From: Bacillota bacterium
GTDB taxonomy: Bacteria; Bacillota; Clostridia; Christensenellales; JAEXRW01
Assembly: GCA_023454175.1 (NCBI GenBank)
Contig: JAEXRW010000037.1
Location: 5,658 to 69,657, forward strand
Direction: 5' to 3'
DNA: 64,000 nt
Shown: piece after piece, positions 9,040 through 18,484 of the stretch
How positions within the stretch are numbered: the stretch's first letter is position 1
Layout: each line of letters opens with the position of its first letter
Notes under the pieces: generated by a model
Database searches by the model: none
Seen by the model: only the letters and a program-made list of their open reading frames with translations
What the model was told of the DNA's origin: nothing
Position numbers and translations under genes: made by a program

Positions 9040-9193
9040 ACTCCTTCCGGCGCCATAGTGATTCCAATTGGGCTAATTGGAATCACATTCGCGCCATCTC
9101 CACTCACAAACGGGTGCTGACCCGTACAAGGGGGGCAAGACAGCTAAAACCCCTCAGGCGCCTACGGCGCCAGTCCCCTAATAGGGGCGCCAT
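9040..9193 (+). repeat. hairpin-rich intergenic block (10-bp GATTCCAATT stem, CGGGT/ACCCG, GGCGCC-TAC-GGCGCC, CCCCT-AAT-AGGGG; GCGCCAT x3)
   Basis: Stems verified by hand at 9060..9084, 9111..9124, 9157..9171 and 9175..9187. The leading CACTCCTTCCGG recurs at 58464. Confidence 0.6.
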
Positions 9194-9228
9194 AAATTTA
9201 GCTTAAATATGCTATCGGAGGTGGGGAT

Positions 9229-9888
9229 ATGAGGAAGTATTACGACATCACCGTGCCATACTGCAACGACATCCCGCGGTTCCCGAACGACAAGGTGAAC
9301 GTGACACGGATAGCGGACATGGAAAAGGGCGATCCGTACAACCAGTGGATCATCGAGTGCGGCACGCATACAGGGACGCACGTGGACGCGCCGAGGCACT
9401 TCATAAGGGACGGGAAGACCATCGAGCAGATCCCCTATGACCGGTTCCTGGGGGAGGCGAAGGTATTTGAAATACCGGGCAAGCGGGCCATCGAGGTGAC
9501 AGATATCCGGAACTTCGATATCCGGGAAGGGGACAGGGTCTTTCTCAAGACGTACAACTCAGAAACGATGCTGGAAGGGCAAAAGTTCCGCGAGGACTAT
9601 GCCTATGTGACACCGGAAGCGGCGCAGTACCTCGTCTCGAAAAAGATTCGGACGCTGGGCTTTGACTGGCTGGCGGTGGAGATGTACGGCAGCAAGGACT
9701 TCGGCGCGCACAAGGCGCTGCTGGGCGCGGAGGTCACCATCATCGAAGGATGCAGGTTGAAGGACGTGCCGCCCGGTACTTACGAGATGGTGGGGCTGCC
9801 CATCCAGATACCAGGCGGGAACGGAAGCCCGATAACCATTCTGCTCTTTGAGCAAGAGCAAAATCGTGAATTGAGAATTAATAGTTAA
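9229..9888 (+). CDS. cyclase family protein (kynurenine formamidase-like metal hydrolase)
   Basis: RBS GGAGGTGGGG. Signature HxGTHxDxPxH present as HTGTHVDAPRH. Confidence 0.75.
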   Translation: MRKYYDITVPYCNDIPRFPNDKVNVTRIADMEKGDPYNQWIIECGTHTGTHVDAPRHFIRDGKTIEQIPYDRFLGEAKVFEIPGKRAIEVTDIRNFDIREGDRVFLKTYNSETMLEGQKFREDYAYVTPEAAQYLVSKKIRTLGFDWLAVEMYGSKDFGAHKALLGAEVTIIEGCRLKDVPPGTYEMVGLPIQIPGGNGSPITILLFEQEQNRELRINS

Positions 9889-10001
9889 GAATTAAGAATT
9901 TTGGTGAGCCCTGCGGGGAAATTATATTGGCCTGCGGGGAATTAAGTTGATAGTTGAGAGTTGTGGTGAGCCCTTCGGGGATATTATATGACCCTGCGGG
10001 T
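9869..10001 (+). repeat. two tandem stop-heptad/hairpin units
   Basis: Array 1 at 9869..9903 (AATTGAG AATTAAT AGTTAAG AATTAAG AATTTTG), then hairpins near 9909 and 9931. Array 2 at 9945..9965 (AGTTGAT AGTTGAG AGTTGTG), then hairpins near 9971 and 9991. The cyclase stop TAA 9886..9888 lies in unit 3. Confidence 0.85.
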
Positions 10002-10048
10002 AACTGATGGAACATGAAACTGAGAAATAATATTCGGAGGGATAGTAT

Positions 10049-10936
10049 ATGAAAATCGGATTTATCGGACTGGGGATCATGGGGAAGCCCATGGCAAAGA
10101 ACCTGATCAAGGCCGGTTATGAACTGACAGTATATGACGTAGTCACAGCAAGCGTGGATGATGTGGTCGCAGCAGGCGCTGAAAAAGGGACATCCTGCAA
10201 GGACGTCGCAGCGAAAAGCGAGGTCATCATCACGATGCTGCCCAATTCCCCGCACGTGAAAACCGCAGTGCTGGGGAAGGACGGGGTGATCGAGGGCATC
10301 AAACCCGGCTCCATCCTCATCGACATGAGCTCTATCGCACCGCTGGCTTCCAAGGAGATCGAAGCCGAGGTGGCGAAGAAAGGCGCGGTAATGCTGGATG
10401 CACCGGTGAGCGGCGGGGAACCCAAGGCGATCGAGGGCACGCTGGCCATCATGGTGGGCGGAGATGAAGCGGCATTTGAGAAGGTCAAGGATATATTACT
10501 GAAAATGGGGTCGTCCGCTGTTCACATCGGAGAGATCGGGAGCGGGAACGTGGCGAAGCTGGCCAACCAGATCGTGGTGGCACTGAACATCGCAGCGGTG
10601 AGCGAGGCATTTACCCTCGCCTCCAAAGCGGGCGTGGACCCCGAAAAGGTGTATAAAGCCATCCGGGGCGGCCTTGCAGGGAGCACGGTGATGGACGCGA
10701 AGGTGCCGATGATGCTGGAGGGGAATTTCAAGCCGGGATTCCGCATCGAACTGCATATCAAGGACCTGAACAACGCGCTGGAAACGGGGCATGAGGTGGG
10801 GGTGCCGCTGCCGCTGACGAGCGAAGTGATGGAGATCATGCAGGCTTTAAAAGTGGACGGATGCGAAACGAATGACCACAGCGCCATCGTGAAATTTTAC
10901 GAGAAGCTGAGCAAGACAGAAGTCAGAAAGAAATAG
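10049..10936 (+). CDS. 2-hydroxy-3-oxopropionate (tartronate semialdehyde) reductase / 3-hydroxyisobutyrate dehydrogenase family
   Basis: N-terminal GFIGLGIMG Rossmann fold; DAPVSGG and IKD motifs typical of GarR/MmsB. Confidence 0.8.
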   Translation: MKIGFIGLGIMGKPMAKNLIKAGYELTVYDVVTASVDDVVAAGAEKGTSCKDVAAKSEVIITMLPNSPHVKTAVLGKDGVIEGIKPGSILIDMSSIAPLASKEIEAEVAKKGAVMLDAPVSGGEPKAIEGTLAIMVGGDEAAFEKVKDILLKMGSSAVHIGEIGSGNVAKLANQIVVALNIAAVSEAFTLASKAGVDPEKVYKAIRGGLAGSTVMDAKVPMMLEGNFKPGFRIELHIKDLNNALETGHEVGVPLPLTSEVMEIMQALKVDGCETNDHSAIVKFYEKLSKTEVRKK

Positions 10937-10945
10937 CACATAAAC

Positions 10946-10979
10946 GAACAGCCTCCATGAGCATTCGTGGAGGCTGTTC
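10946..10979. terminator. bidirectional stem-loop between convergent genes
   Basis: 14-bp stem GAACAGCCTCCATG/CGTGGAGGCTGTTC checked by hand, between the stops at 10936 (+) and 11020 (-). Confidence 0.6.
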
Positions 10980-11019
10980 TCTATACTTGGGATGCTGGTT
11001 ATATGCATTCCGACTTGTC

Positions 11020-12000
11020 TCAACCCTCGGCGCGGAGTTCCCACCATTTGACCTGGGGGCGCTCGGCGATGACGACCTGTTTCAGGAATTCAACGGCCTT
11101 GCTGAACCCCTCCTCACGGGACATCAATGCGTCCTCGTGTTCAATGGAGAGAACATGATCATACCCCACCTTGGCGAAGGCGGACATCATAGCGCGCCAT
11201 ACCTCCAGGGACTGGCCGTAACCCACGGTGCGGAAGAGCCAGGATCGGTCCACAAGCCTGTCGTAACCTTTCGTCTCGATGACGCCGTTCACCCGGATAT
11301 TGCGCGGATTCAGCTCGGTATCCTTGGCATGGACGTGGAAGATGCAGTCCCCCAGCGCAAGGATGGCTTCTGAAGGATCAATTCCCTGCCAGAACAGGTG
11401 GCTGGGATCGAAGTTGATCCCTATCTCAGGGCCTACGGCGCTACGCAGTTTCAGCATGGTCTCGGTATTGTATACGCAGAAGCCGGGATGGGGCTCGATG
11501 GCCAGCTTGGTGACTCCGTACGGCCTTGCGAACTCCACAGCCTTTTTCCAGTAGGGGATGAGTACCTCCTCCCACTGGTACTGATGGATCCTGGCAAAAT
11601 CCTCGGGCCAGGTGCAGGTGACCCAGTTGGGCGTGGCGTCTCCGGGGGAGCCTCCCGGGCAGCCCGATAGGAGGAGCACCGTATCCACGTTCAACTCACT
11701 TGCCAGTCGCACTGCGTCTTCAAACTGCGCATGGTGGCGCGCCGCATAGGCTTTATCGGGATGAATGGGATTGCCGTGGGCGCTGAGGGCGCTGATAACG
11801 AGCCCCCGCGAATCAAAAGCATTACGGTATTGGGCGAGACTTTTCGGATCGCTGAGCAGGAGGGGGGCATCGCAATGATTGGAGAGGGAGTAGCCACCGC
11901 ATCCGAGCTCCACCGCTTCAATGCCTTTTGTTACGAACATGTCCAGACAGGTATCGAGGGACTGGTCATTGAACAAAATGGAAAATACGCCGATCTTCAT
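11020..12000 (-). CDS. sugar phosphate isomerase/epimerase (xylose isomerase-like TIM barrel)
   Basis: ORF 11020..12087; likely ATG at 12000 (MKIGVFS). C-terminal SIEHED..MS..EG motif is shared with 25851 and 28029. Confidence 0.75.
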   Translation of the reverse strand: MKIGVFSILFNDQSLDTCLDMFVTKGIEAVELGCGGYSLSNHCDAPLLLSDPKSLAQYRNAFDSRGLVISALSAHGNPIHPDKAYAARHHAQFEDAVRLASELNVDTVLLLSGCPGGSPGDATPNWVTCTWPEDFARIHQYQWEEVLIPYWKKAVEFARPYGVTKLAIEPHPGFCVYNTETMLKLRSAVGPEIGINFDPSHLFWQGIDPSEAILALGDCIFHVHAKDTELNPRNIRVNGVIETKGYDRLVDRSWLFRTVGYGQSLEVWRAMMSAFAKVGYDHVLSIEHEDALMSREEGFSKAVEFLKQVVIAERPQVKWWELRAEG

Positions 12001-12255
12001 AGCCGTGACCTCCATGTCATAATTCGGGACTCCATCCTTCATTATACGGTGCGCAAAACGTGTAAAGCCATGCACGGTATATATCATTATTTATCCAAAA
12101 TATCGCAATGGCGGATGATCACAGGAATCAAATGACGCAATTTGTGCTATTATTAAAAGAAACCAGCCCGGTCAGAAACAATCATGACCCAATGGGCACA
12201 AACAAGGATTTATCCAGGATGAAGATGAACACCAAATACAGAGGGGACTTGAAAG

Positions 12256-13116
12256 ATGAAAAACGAGGTCCTGTGGGTGGCCAAATACGATTACCCCGAA
12301 GGGTATGGCATCAAAGCACATATACATGACTATTACCAGATCATGTGCATCACCGCGGGGGAATGCACCTTCCATATCGGCCAGGAAACGACGATGCTCA
12401 AAAAAGACATTTGGATCCTTTTAAAGCCGGGCGTGGAACACAGCATGGACAAGGTCACCGAAGGCACGCTCAAAATGCTGGACATCAAATTTGTCATACA
12501 CGAAAAGAAGCTGCAGGAAAAGGTGAACCTGCTGCCGCTGCTTTTAACTTCGGAGGACCAGTACGCCCCATTCCTCGTGGAGCGTATCCGGAAGGAAGGC
12601 AAACAAAAGCAGGTATTTTATAAAGAGATGACCGGATTGCTCCTGACGGAACTGCTCATCAACCTGGTCCGCGAAAACCTGCCGGGGGAAAGCAGGGAAA
12701 AGCCGTCTACATACGAGCCCGACGCTGAAGCCTCCCCCCTGCTCAGGCGCATCATGGAATACATCCATAAAAATTTCGCATCCAAAATCCATCTGGAGAC
12801 ACTGGCGGACGGACTGGGGTACAATAAAAATTACCTTTGCCAGAAATTCAAAAAGGACGTAGGGATGACCATCGCCGATTACATCCAGAACTACAGGATC
12901 CAGAAGGCGAAGGAACTGATGGTATACTCGGACTATGACCTCAAACAGATATGCGAAAAAGTGGGCTTCGAAAACATATACCATTTCTCCAGGGTCTTCA
13001 AGCAGCAGGAAGGCGTTCCGCCGGGAGCCTACAAAAAACGGGAGAAAGAGGAGATGGGCAAGGACATCATCATCAAGGAGAACTTTGTGAATCCCGATAA
13101 AATCGACAAGTCATGA
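12256..13116 (+). CDS. AraC family transcriptional regulator (cupin sensor plus HTH)
   Basis: N-terminal cupin-like domain and C-terminal AraC HTH (NKNYLCQKFKKDVGMTIADYIQNYRIQKAKELM...GFENIYHFSRVFK). Divergent from the 11020 gene. Confidence 0.85.
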   Translation: MKNEVLWVAKYDYPEGYGIKAHIHDYYQIMCITAGECTFHIGQETTMLKKDIWILLKPGVEHSMDKVTEGTLKMLDIKFVIHEKKLQEKVNLLPLLLTSEDQYAPFLVERIRKEGKQKQVFYKEMTGLLLTELLINLVRENLPGESREKPSTYEPDAEASPLLRRIMEYIHKNFASKIHLETLADGLGYNKNYLCQKFKKDVGMTIADYIQNYRIQKAKELMVYSDYDLKQICEKVGFENIYHFSRVFKQQEGVPPGAYKKREKEEMGKDIIIKENFVNPDKIDKS

Positions 13117-13620
13117 AGAAGACATTATCTATCACAGCATGTGAAACCGGTCATCCCGGAATACCATGAACCGAATAAAATACTAATCCCAGACAAAACG
13201 ACATGAAAAGGATACAATTTACAAAGCACTTGAAATGGTGTAGAATCATCGTGTGAGGCGTTTTGAGCGCGGAACGTACAAAACCTGAAGCTATGCCACA
13301 CAATCATTTGGTTTCATTTTTTTGACCGGGCATTTATACGTACAAGTTACCAGCAAGGACTGTAAATCAAACGAATTCATTCCAATCACCATTCATCACC
13401 GCATCCGCAGCAAAGCGCCGGTTATCGTATACACGTGCGGCTCATACTTTACTAAGAGATGCATATTGACAGAACGCATCGGCTTATGATAGATTTCAGT
13501 AGTGGTTGTTATAACGACATTACAAGCACGAAACGGATAAATTCAATATACCCGCCAATGCCCCCGGAAAACGAGGAATGCACCGACATATAGCGATATG
13601 CATAGCAGGAGGAGAAAAAT

Positions 13621-14463
13621 ATGCTGAAACTGGGCATGCACACAGACAATCTCCGGGTCCTGAGCGGTTCCTTTGACGCCGCACTGAAATTGGGCCATAA
13701 ATACGGGCTTCAGTTTACAGAAAGTGGTTATGTCAATGGTACGTATTATGTCCAGTGGATGGGATATGAGCCTTCCGTTTCCTCACAGGAGAACCCTATC
13801 GCCATCCGCAAGAAGTGCGAAGCGCTGGGCATGCCGTATTCGCAATTGGACTGCGCATTCCCGATGTTCAGCTACGAAGGCGCACGGTACGGCGTACTGT
13901 ACGTACAGCAGGGCATGATCTTTGCAAAGCACCTGGGCTGCCCCAAGATCGACACCACGGACAGCGCGTTCCGGGACAAGAGCCTGTCGGACGACGAGCT
14001 TTTCAACATCACGGTGCGCAACTACCGTGAACTGCTCAAATGGGCAGAGGACTTTGACATGATCATCAACATCGAACCCCACGGCGAGATGACAAACAAT
14101 GTGGAATTCATGTACAAGCTGCTCTCGTATTTCGAGAACGAGCACATCCGGCTGAACATGGATACAGGCAATACATTCATCGCAGGAAATGACCCGCTGG
14201 AGTACCTCAAACCCCTGCGCAAGTACCTGACCCACTGCCACATCAAGGATGTGAGCGCATCGCTGGCGGCGGCCATGCGGGGCGAGGAGACGGGCATTGC
14301 ATGCAGCGAGGAGCCCATCGGGAGCGGCGTGAACGCGCCCAACATCCAAAAAGTGATCGCATACCTGAAAGAGACCAACTGGTCCGGCGACCTTTCCATC
14401 GAATGCTCGGGCACCGAGGAAAACATCAAAAAGAGTGTGGAATGGCTTCGCTCGATCATCTAA
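13621..14463 (+). CDS. sugar phosphate isomerase/epimerase (xylose isomerase-like TIM barrel)
   Basis: RBS AGGAGGAG. Metal-ligand context IEPHGE, NMDTGN, HCHIKD typical of the AP_endonuc_2 fold. Confidence 0.7.
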   Translation: MLKLGMHTDNLRVLSGSFDAALKLGHKYGLQFTESGYVNGTYYVQWMGYEPSVSSQENPIAIRKKCEALGMPYSQLDCAFPMFSYEGARYGVLYVQQGMIFAKHLGCPKIDTTDSAFRDKSLSDDELFNITVRNYRELLKWAEDFDMIINIEPHGEMTNNVEFMYKLLSYFENEHIRLNMDTGNTFIAGNDPLEYLKPLRKYLTHCHIKDVSASLAAAMRGEETGIACSEEPIGSGVNAPNIQKVIAYLKETNWSGDLSIECSGTEENIKKSVEWLRSII

Positions 14464-14535
14464 CTAAAAAAATATCGATTTGCAGGTAAAAACGTTGCCT
14501 GCAGTAAATACACATAAAAGGAAGGATGGAACACA

Positions 14536-15552
14536 ATGAAGAAATTCCTCATCGTTGCCCTGTGCGTCGTTTTCGTGGCCGTACTGGCAGCCTGCACAGC
14601 AGCGCCGGCTCCCACAACAGCCCCCACGACCGCTCCCACAACGGCTCCCACGACCGCTCCCACAACAGCGGCAGAAAAACCCCTCGTGGGCATCAGCGTG
14701 CCGCAGGCCCCCACAGGCTGGGTGGCAGCAGTACAGTACTATGCTGACAAAACCGCCAAGGAACTTGGCCTGAACTACAAGCTCGTCGCAGCGGCAGACC
14801 CGAATGAACAGGCCAGCCAGATCGACGAACTGATCAACCTCAAACCCAAAATCATCGTCCTGTTCCCCTGCAACGACCAGGTGGCCGTGGCAGCCCAGAA
14901 GGTAAAAGATGCCGGCATCATCCTGATGGACTATGACAGGACGATCAACCCCACCGAGCCCGACTACTACCTGGCCGGTGACAACTACGGCATGGGCGTG
15001 GCAGGTGCCAAATACATCGCCGAGAAACTGAACAAGAAGGGCAAAGTCATCATGGCCGGCTGCGCCGCATACGGTGACGCTGTCAACGGACAGCGCATCA
15101 AAGGCTTCCTGGATACCATCAAGACCGAAGCCCCCGAAATCGAGATCCTCAACGGCGGAAACGCATATGACAGCCCCAACTGCGCTCCCGAATCCGGCCT
15201 GAAGACCATGACCGACGCCCTGCAGGCCAACAAGCAGATCGACGGCGTGTTCTCCATCGACGATGAACTCTCCGTAGGCCTCTACCAGGCAGTAAAAGAA
15301 GCCAACAGGACGGACGTCAAAGTCATGACCGGCGGCGGCGGAAACCAGTCCTACTTCAAAGTCATGCCCACCACACCCGCTGATGTGTGGCTGGCAAGCG
15401 CACTGTATTCCCCGAACATGATGATCGACATCGTAAAGAACGCTGACAAGCTCCTCAAGGGCGAAACAGTGGAGAAGAAGATCATCGTACCGTCCAAGAT
15501 CGTTGACAAGAGCAACGTCGCGGATTACCTGGATGCCAATTCACCCTACTAA
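14536..15552 (+). CDS. sugar ABC transporter substrate-binding lipoprotein (periplasmic binding protein type I), copy 1
   Basis: Signal peptide with lipobox LAAC, an (APTT)5 linker, then a ribose/galactose-type PBP fold. First gene of the transporter operon. Confidence 0.85.
   Translation: MKKFLIVALCVVFVAVLAACTAAPAPTTAPTTAPTTAPTTAPTTAAEKPLVGISVPQAPTGWVAAVQYYADKTAKELGLNYKLVAAADPNEQASQIDELINLKPKIIVLFPCNDQVAVAAQKVKDAGIILMDYDRTINPTEPDYYLAGDNYGMGVAGAKYIAEKLNKKGKVIMAGCAAYGDAVNGQRIKGFLDTIKTEAPEIEILNGGNAYDSPNCAPESGLKTMTDALQANKQIDGVFSIDDELSVGLYQAVKEANRTDVKVMTGGGGNQSYFKVMPTTPADVWLASALYSPNMMIDIVKNADKLLKGETVEKKIIVPSKIVDKSNVADYLDANSPY
14608..14667 (+). repeat. 5 x 12-nt tandem repeat encoding (APTT)5 linker
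   Basis: GCTCCCACAACA GCCCCCACGACC GCTCCCACAACG GCTCCCACGACC GCTCCCACAACA, counted by hand. Confidence 0.9.
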
Positions 15553-15594
15553 GAAGCAGCCGGCAACGGCATAAACGCTTGGTAAGTAACATGT

Positions 15595-15629
15595 CGAAAT
15601 TCGGGAGCGATTTTCGCTCCCGAATTTCG
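15595..15629 (+). terminator. perfect 15-bp intercistronic stem-loop after the binding-protein gene (attenuator/mRNA-stabiliser type, no U tract)
   Basis: CGAAATTCGGGAGCG-ATTTT-CGCTCCCGAATTTCG, every pair checked. Lies between the SBP and ATPase genes. Confidence 0.5.
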
Positions 15630-15658
15630 GTTAACTCTGAAAACAGGGGGTAGGAAAT

Positions 15659-17167
15659 ATGCCTGAATATGCACTGAAAATGACAGGTATCAACAAAAGC
15701 TTTGATGGCGTGCCCGTCCTGAAGAATGTTGACCTTTTTGTAAAAAAAGGCGAGATACATGCTCTACTGGGTGAAAACGGCGCCGGCAAGACGACCCTGA
15801 TGAACATATTGGGCGGCGTACTGCTGGCTGACACCGGAAAGATCGAGATCGATGAAAAGGAAGTCGTGCTTCATACGCCGAGCGAGTCACTGAACCACGG
15901 AATAGCCTTCATCCACCAGGAACTCAATGTGATCAATGACCTGAAAGTATACGAGAACATGTACCTGGGCGCCGAGATGGTCAACAAGGCGGGACACATA
16001 CGGGCCAAGGAAATGATCGTGAAATGCAAGGAGATCTTTGACTACATGGGGATCGAGCTGGATCCCAAAACAATGGTATCGGACCTGGATGCATCCTACA
16101 AGCAGATCGTGGAGATCGCAAGAGCGCTGCTTCAGAATGCAAAGATCATCATCATGGACGAACCGACGACATCTTTAACGAAAGTGGAAATAACGCATGT
16201 CTTTTCCATCATGCGCACGCTGAAGGAAAAAGGCACGACAATCATATTTATATCCCATAAACTGGGTGAGGTCGTGGACGTCTGCGATCGCTACACCGTA
16301 CTGCGAAACGGTGAAAACATCATCGTAGAGGATATACACCAGCCGCAGGGGATCGTATCAGTCGAGACCATCGCACGGTACATGGTAGGCAGGGACGTGC
16401 TGAATGTGGAAGTCTACCAGGAACATAAAATCGGAGACGTGGTGCTGGAGGTGGAAAACCTCAACGTGGGCACCCAGCTGAAAAACATCTGCTTCAACCT
16501 GAAAAAAGGGGAGATCGTGGGATTCACCGGGCTGCTGGGCGACGGGCGTACCGAACTGGCGCAGGCGATATTCGGCGACCTGAAAATAAACTCCGGTACG
16601 ATCCGGATACACGGGAAGAAGATCATCAACAAGAATCCGGAACAGGCCAAAAGGCGGAAATTCGGATATGTGCCCGCAAACCGCAAGGAGAACGGCATCG
16701 TACGAGACCTGACGGTGACGGAGAACATCACCCTGGCCACACTGGACAGTTTCCAGACCGCCACGAAGGTGAACCACCGCAAGGAACGCAATATAGCCAA
16801 CGAGTTCGTGGATTCCCTGCGCATCAAAACGCCATCCATCAACGCCTACATCACCAGCCTTTCGGGCGGCAACCAGCAGAAAGTGGTGCTGGCCAAATGG
16901 CTGAATGCCAAACCGGATGTCATGATCTTTTCCAACCCGACGCAGGGCGTGGACGTTGGCGCGAAAAACGAGATCTACGGCCTTATCATGGAATTGGCCA
17001 GAAATGGCGTGGCTGTAATGGTCACTTCGGGAGAGGCGCAGGAAGTCATCAAGATCTGTGACAGGGTATGCATCATGTACCACGGCGAGATCAGGGGCGA
17101 GCTGGCACGGCAGGAATGCACCGAGGAATCGCTCATGATCCTCTCGACCGGCGGCTCATTGAACTAA
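15659..17167 (+). CDS. sugar ABC transporter ATP-binding protein (duplicated ABC domains, RbsA/MglA type)
   Basis: Walker A GENGAGKTT, signature LSGGNQQKV, two nucleotide-binding domains in 502 aa. Confidence 0.9.
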   Translation: MPEYALKMTGINKSFDGVPVLKNVDLFVKKGEIHALLGENGAGKTTLMNILGGVLLADTGKIEIDEKEVVLHTPSESLNHGIAFIHQELNVINDLKVYENMYLGAEMVNKAGHIRAKEMIVKCKEIFDYMGIELDPKTMVSDLDASYKQIVEIARALLQNAKIIIMDEPTTSLTKVEITHVFSIMRTLKEKGTTIIFISHKLGEVVDVCDRYTVLRNGENIIVEDIHQPQGIVSVETIARYMVGRDVLNVEVYQEHKIGDVVLEVENLNVGTQLKNICFNLKKGEIVGFTGLLGDGRTELAQAIFGDLKINSGTIRIHGKKIINKNPEQAKRRKFGYVPANRKENGIVRDLTVTENITLATLDSFQTATKVNHRKERNIANEFVDSLRIKTPSINAYITSLSGGNQQKVVLAKWLNAKPDVMIFSNPTQGVDVGAKNEIYGLIMELARNGVAVMVTSGEAQEVIKICDRVCIMYHGEIRGELARQECTEESLMILSTGGSLN

Positions 17168-17181
17168 CATATAAGGAGGGT

Positions 17182-18213
17182 ATGCCAATGGATGCAACAC
17201 AGAAGACTGCCGGTTCAAAGGCAGCAAATCTTTGGAAAAGATTTTGGGGCCAATACAGCATCATCGTGATATTTCTGATTTTCATCGTGGGTGCTTCGAT
17301 CATACTTGGCACTACATTTGTGGATGGACAGAATTTCATCAACATCATACGCAACAACGCAATCCTTGGGATGATATCCCTGGGCATGGCCTTTATCATC
17401 ATATCCGGCAACATCGATCTGAGCGTAGGCTCGTCGTTGGTGGCTGTAGGCGCTCTGACGATCGCCATCACAAACCAGATGGGCAAGCTGATGGATCCCA
17501 GCATGGGATGGCTGGCTGTGATCATCGGCATCGTAGCCGGACTGATCATCGGCGCGGCATTCGGCGGACTCATCGGCCTGATCGTAACGAAAGGGCGCGT
17601 GCCGTCCTTCATCGTGACGCTGGGCATGATGAATATCTTCCGTTCAGGCGCAATGTTCTTCATGAACGGCGGCGGATTCTTCTGCGATGTGCCTGCTTTC
17701 AAGGCCATATCCAATACAGAGCTTTTCAAGAACCCCCAAAGCGGTTTGGGGCTGCCCCTGCCGATCCTTTACCTGCTGGTAGCCTGCGTGATATGCTACT
17801 ACGTCGCAAAACATACGCGCTTCGGTCGTTATGTGTACGCGGTGGGCAGCAATGAGAAGGCAGCCAGACTGAGCGGTATCAACACCGACAGGATCAAGAT
17901 ACTGACCTTTGTGTTCATGGGCGTCATGGTAGCGCTGGCAGCCATCATGGAAGCTTCCCGCATGAACAGCATCAACGCGACATCCTCGGGGCAGGGCTAT
18001 GAACTCAATGCCATCGCCGCAGTCGTCATCGGCGGCGTGTCCATGGCGGGCGGCAAAGGGTCCATCATCGGTGTAATCATCGGCGTGCTGCTCCTGGGAA
18101 TCATCAGCAACGTGCTGAACATGATCGGCATAAACATATTCCTCATCAACGCCATCAAGGGCGCGCTGGTCATCGCGGCCGTGCTGCTGCAGAAAAAGGA
18201 AGTCCTGAGATAA
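17182..18213 (+). CDS. sugar ABC transporter permease (RbsC/branched-chain type)
   Basis: ATG 17182 follows AAGGAGGG. Multi-TM protein containing the AVGSNEKAARLSGI motif typical of ribose-type permeases. Confidence 0.85.
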   Translation: MPMDATQKTAGSKAANLWKRFWGQYSIIVIFLIFIVGASIILGTTFVDGQNFINIIRNNAILGMISLGMAFIIISGNIDLSVGSSLVAVGALTIAITNQMGKLMDPSMGWLAVIIGIVAGLIIGAAFGGLIGLIVTKGRVPSFIVTLGMMNIFRSGAMFFMNGGGFFCDVPAFKAISNTELFKNPQSGLGLPLPILYLLVACVICYYVAKHTRFGRYVYAVGSNEKAARLSGINTDRIKILTFVFMGVMVALAAIMEASRMNSINATSSGQGYELNAIAAVVIGGVSMAGGKGSIIGVIIGVLLLGIISNVLNMIGINIFLINAIKGALVIAAVLLQKKEVLR

Positions 18214-18234
18214 GATAATAAAAAGAAGCATATA

Positions 18235-18269
18235 AAAGCAGGCATCGAAAGGCGCCTGCTTTTTGTTTT
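18235..18269 (+). terminator. rho-independent terminator after the permease gene
   Basis: Stem AAAGCAGGC/GCCTGCTTT followed by TTGTTTT. Confidence 0.7.
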
Positions 18270-18484
18270 CGTTCTACCTTTCAACGAGGTTATGTGAGAG
18301 GCACTGCTGTGCAAAAAGGATGGAAGATCTATGTCAAAGAAGCGGCAGCATCAATGCATGCACAACCACTTGATTGTGTCAATTGGAAGCAGTACGATCA
18401 TGAACCATATTTTGAAAGGTTAACGCAGGGGATATTCGGGAATCCTTTAGAAAGCAGAAGCATCAAAGGAAGGTTGGAACAATC

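Noticed and set aside
9030-9060. tRNA-like 3' end (GGGGTTCACTCCTTCCGGCGCCA)
   Set aside because: The would-be T stem does not pair, and no acceptor, D or anticodon arms can be drawn upstream. The same CACTCCTTCCGG string recurs at 58464 as part of a repeat.
14460-14714. Two minus-strand ORFs (also 18463..18669) that begin with the identical peptide MGACGTLMPTRG
   Set aside because: The identity simply reflects the reverse complement of the conserved LVGISVPQAPTG region of the two paralogous binding-protein genes. They are not independent genes.
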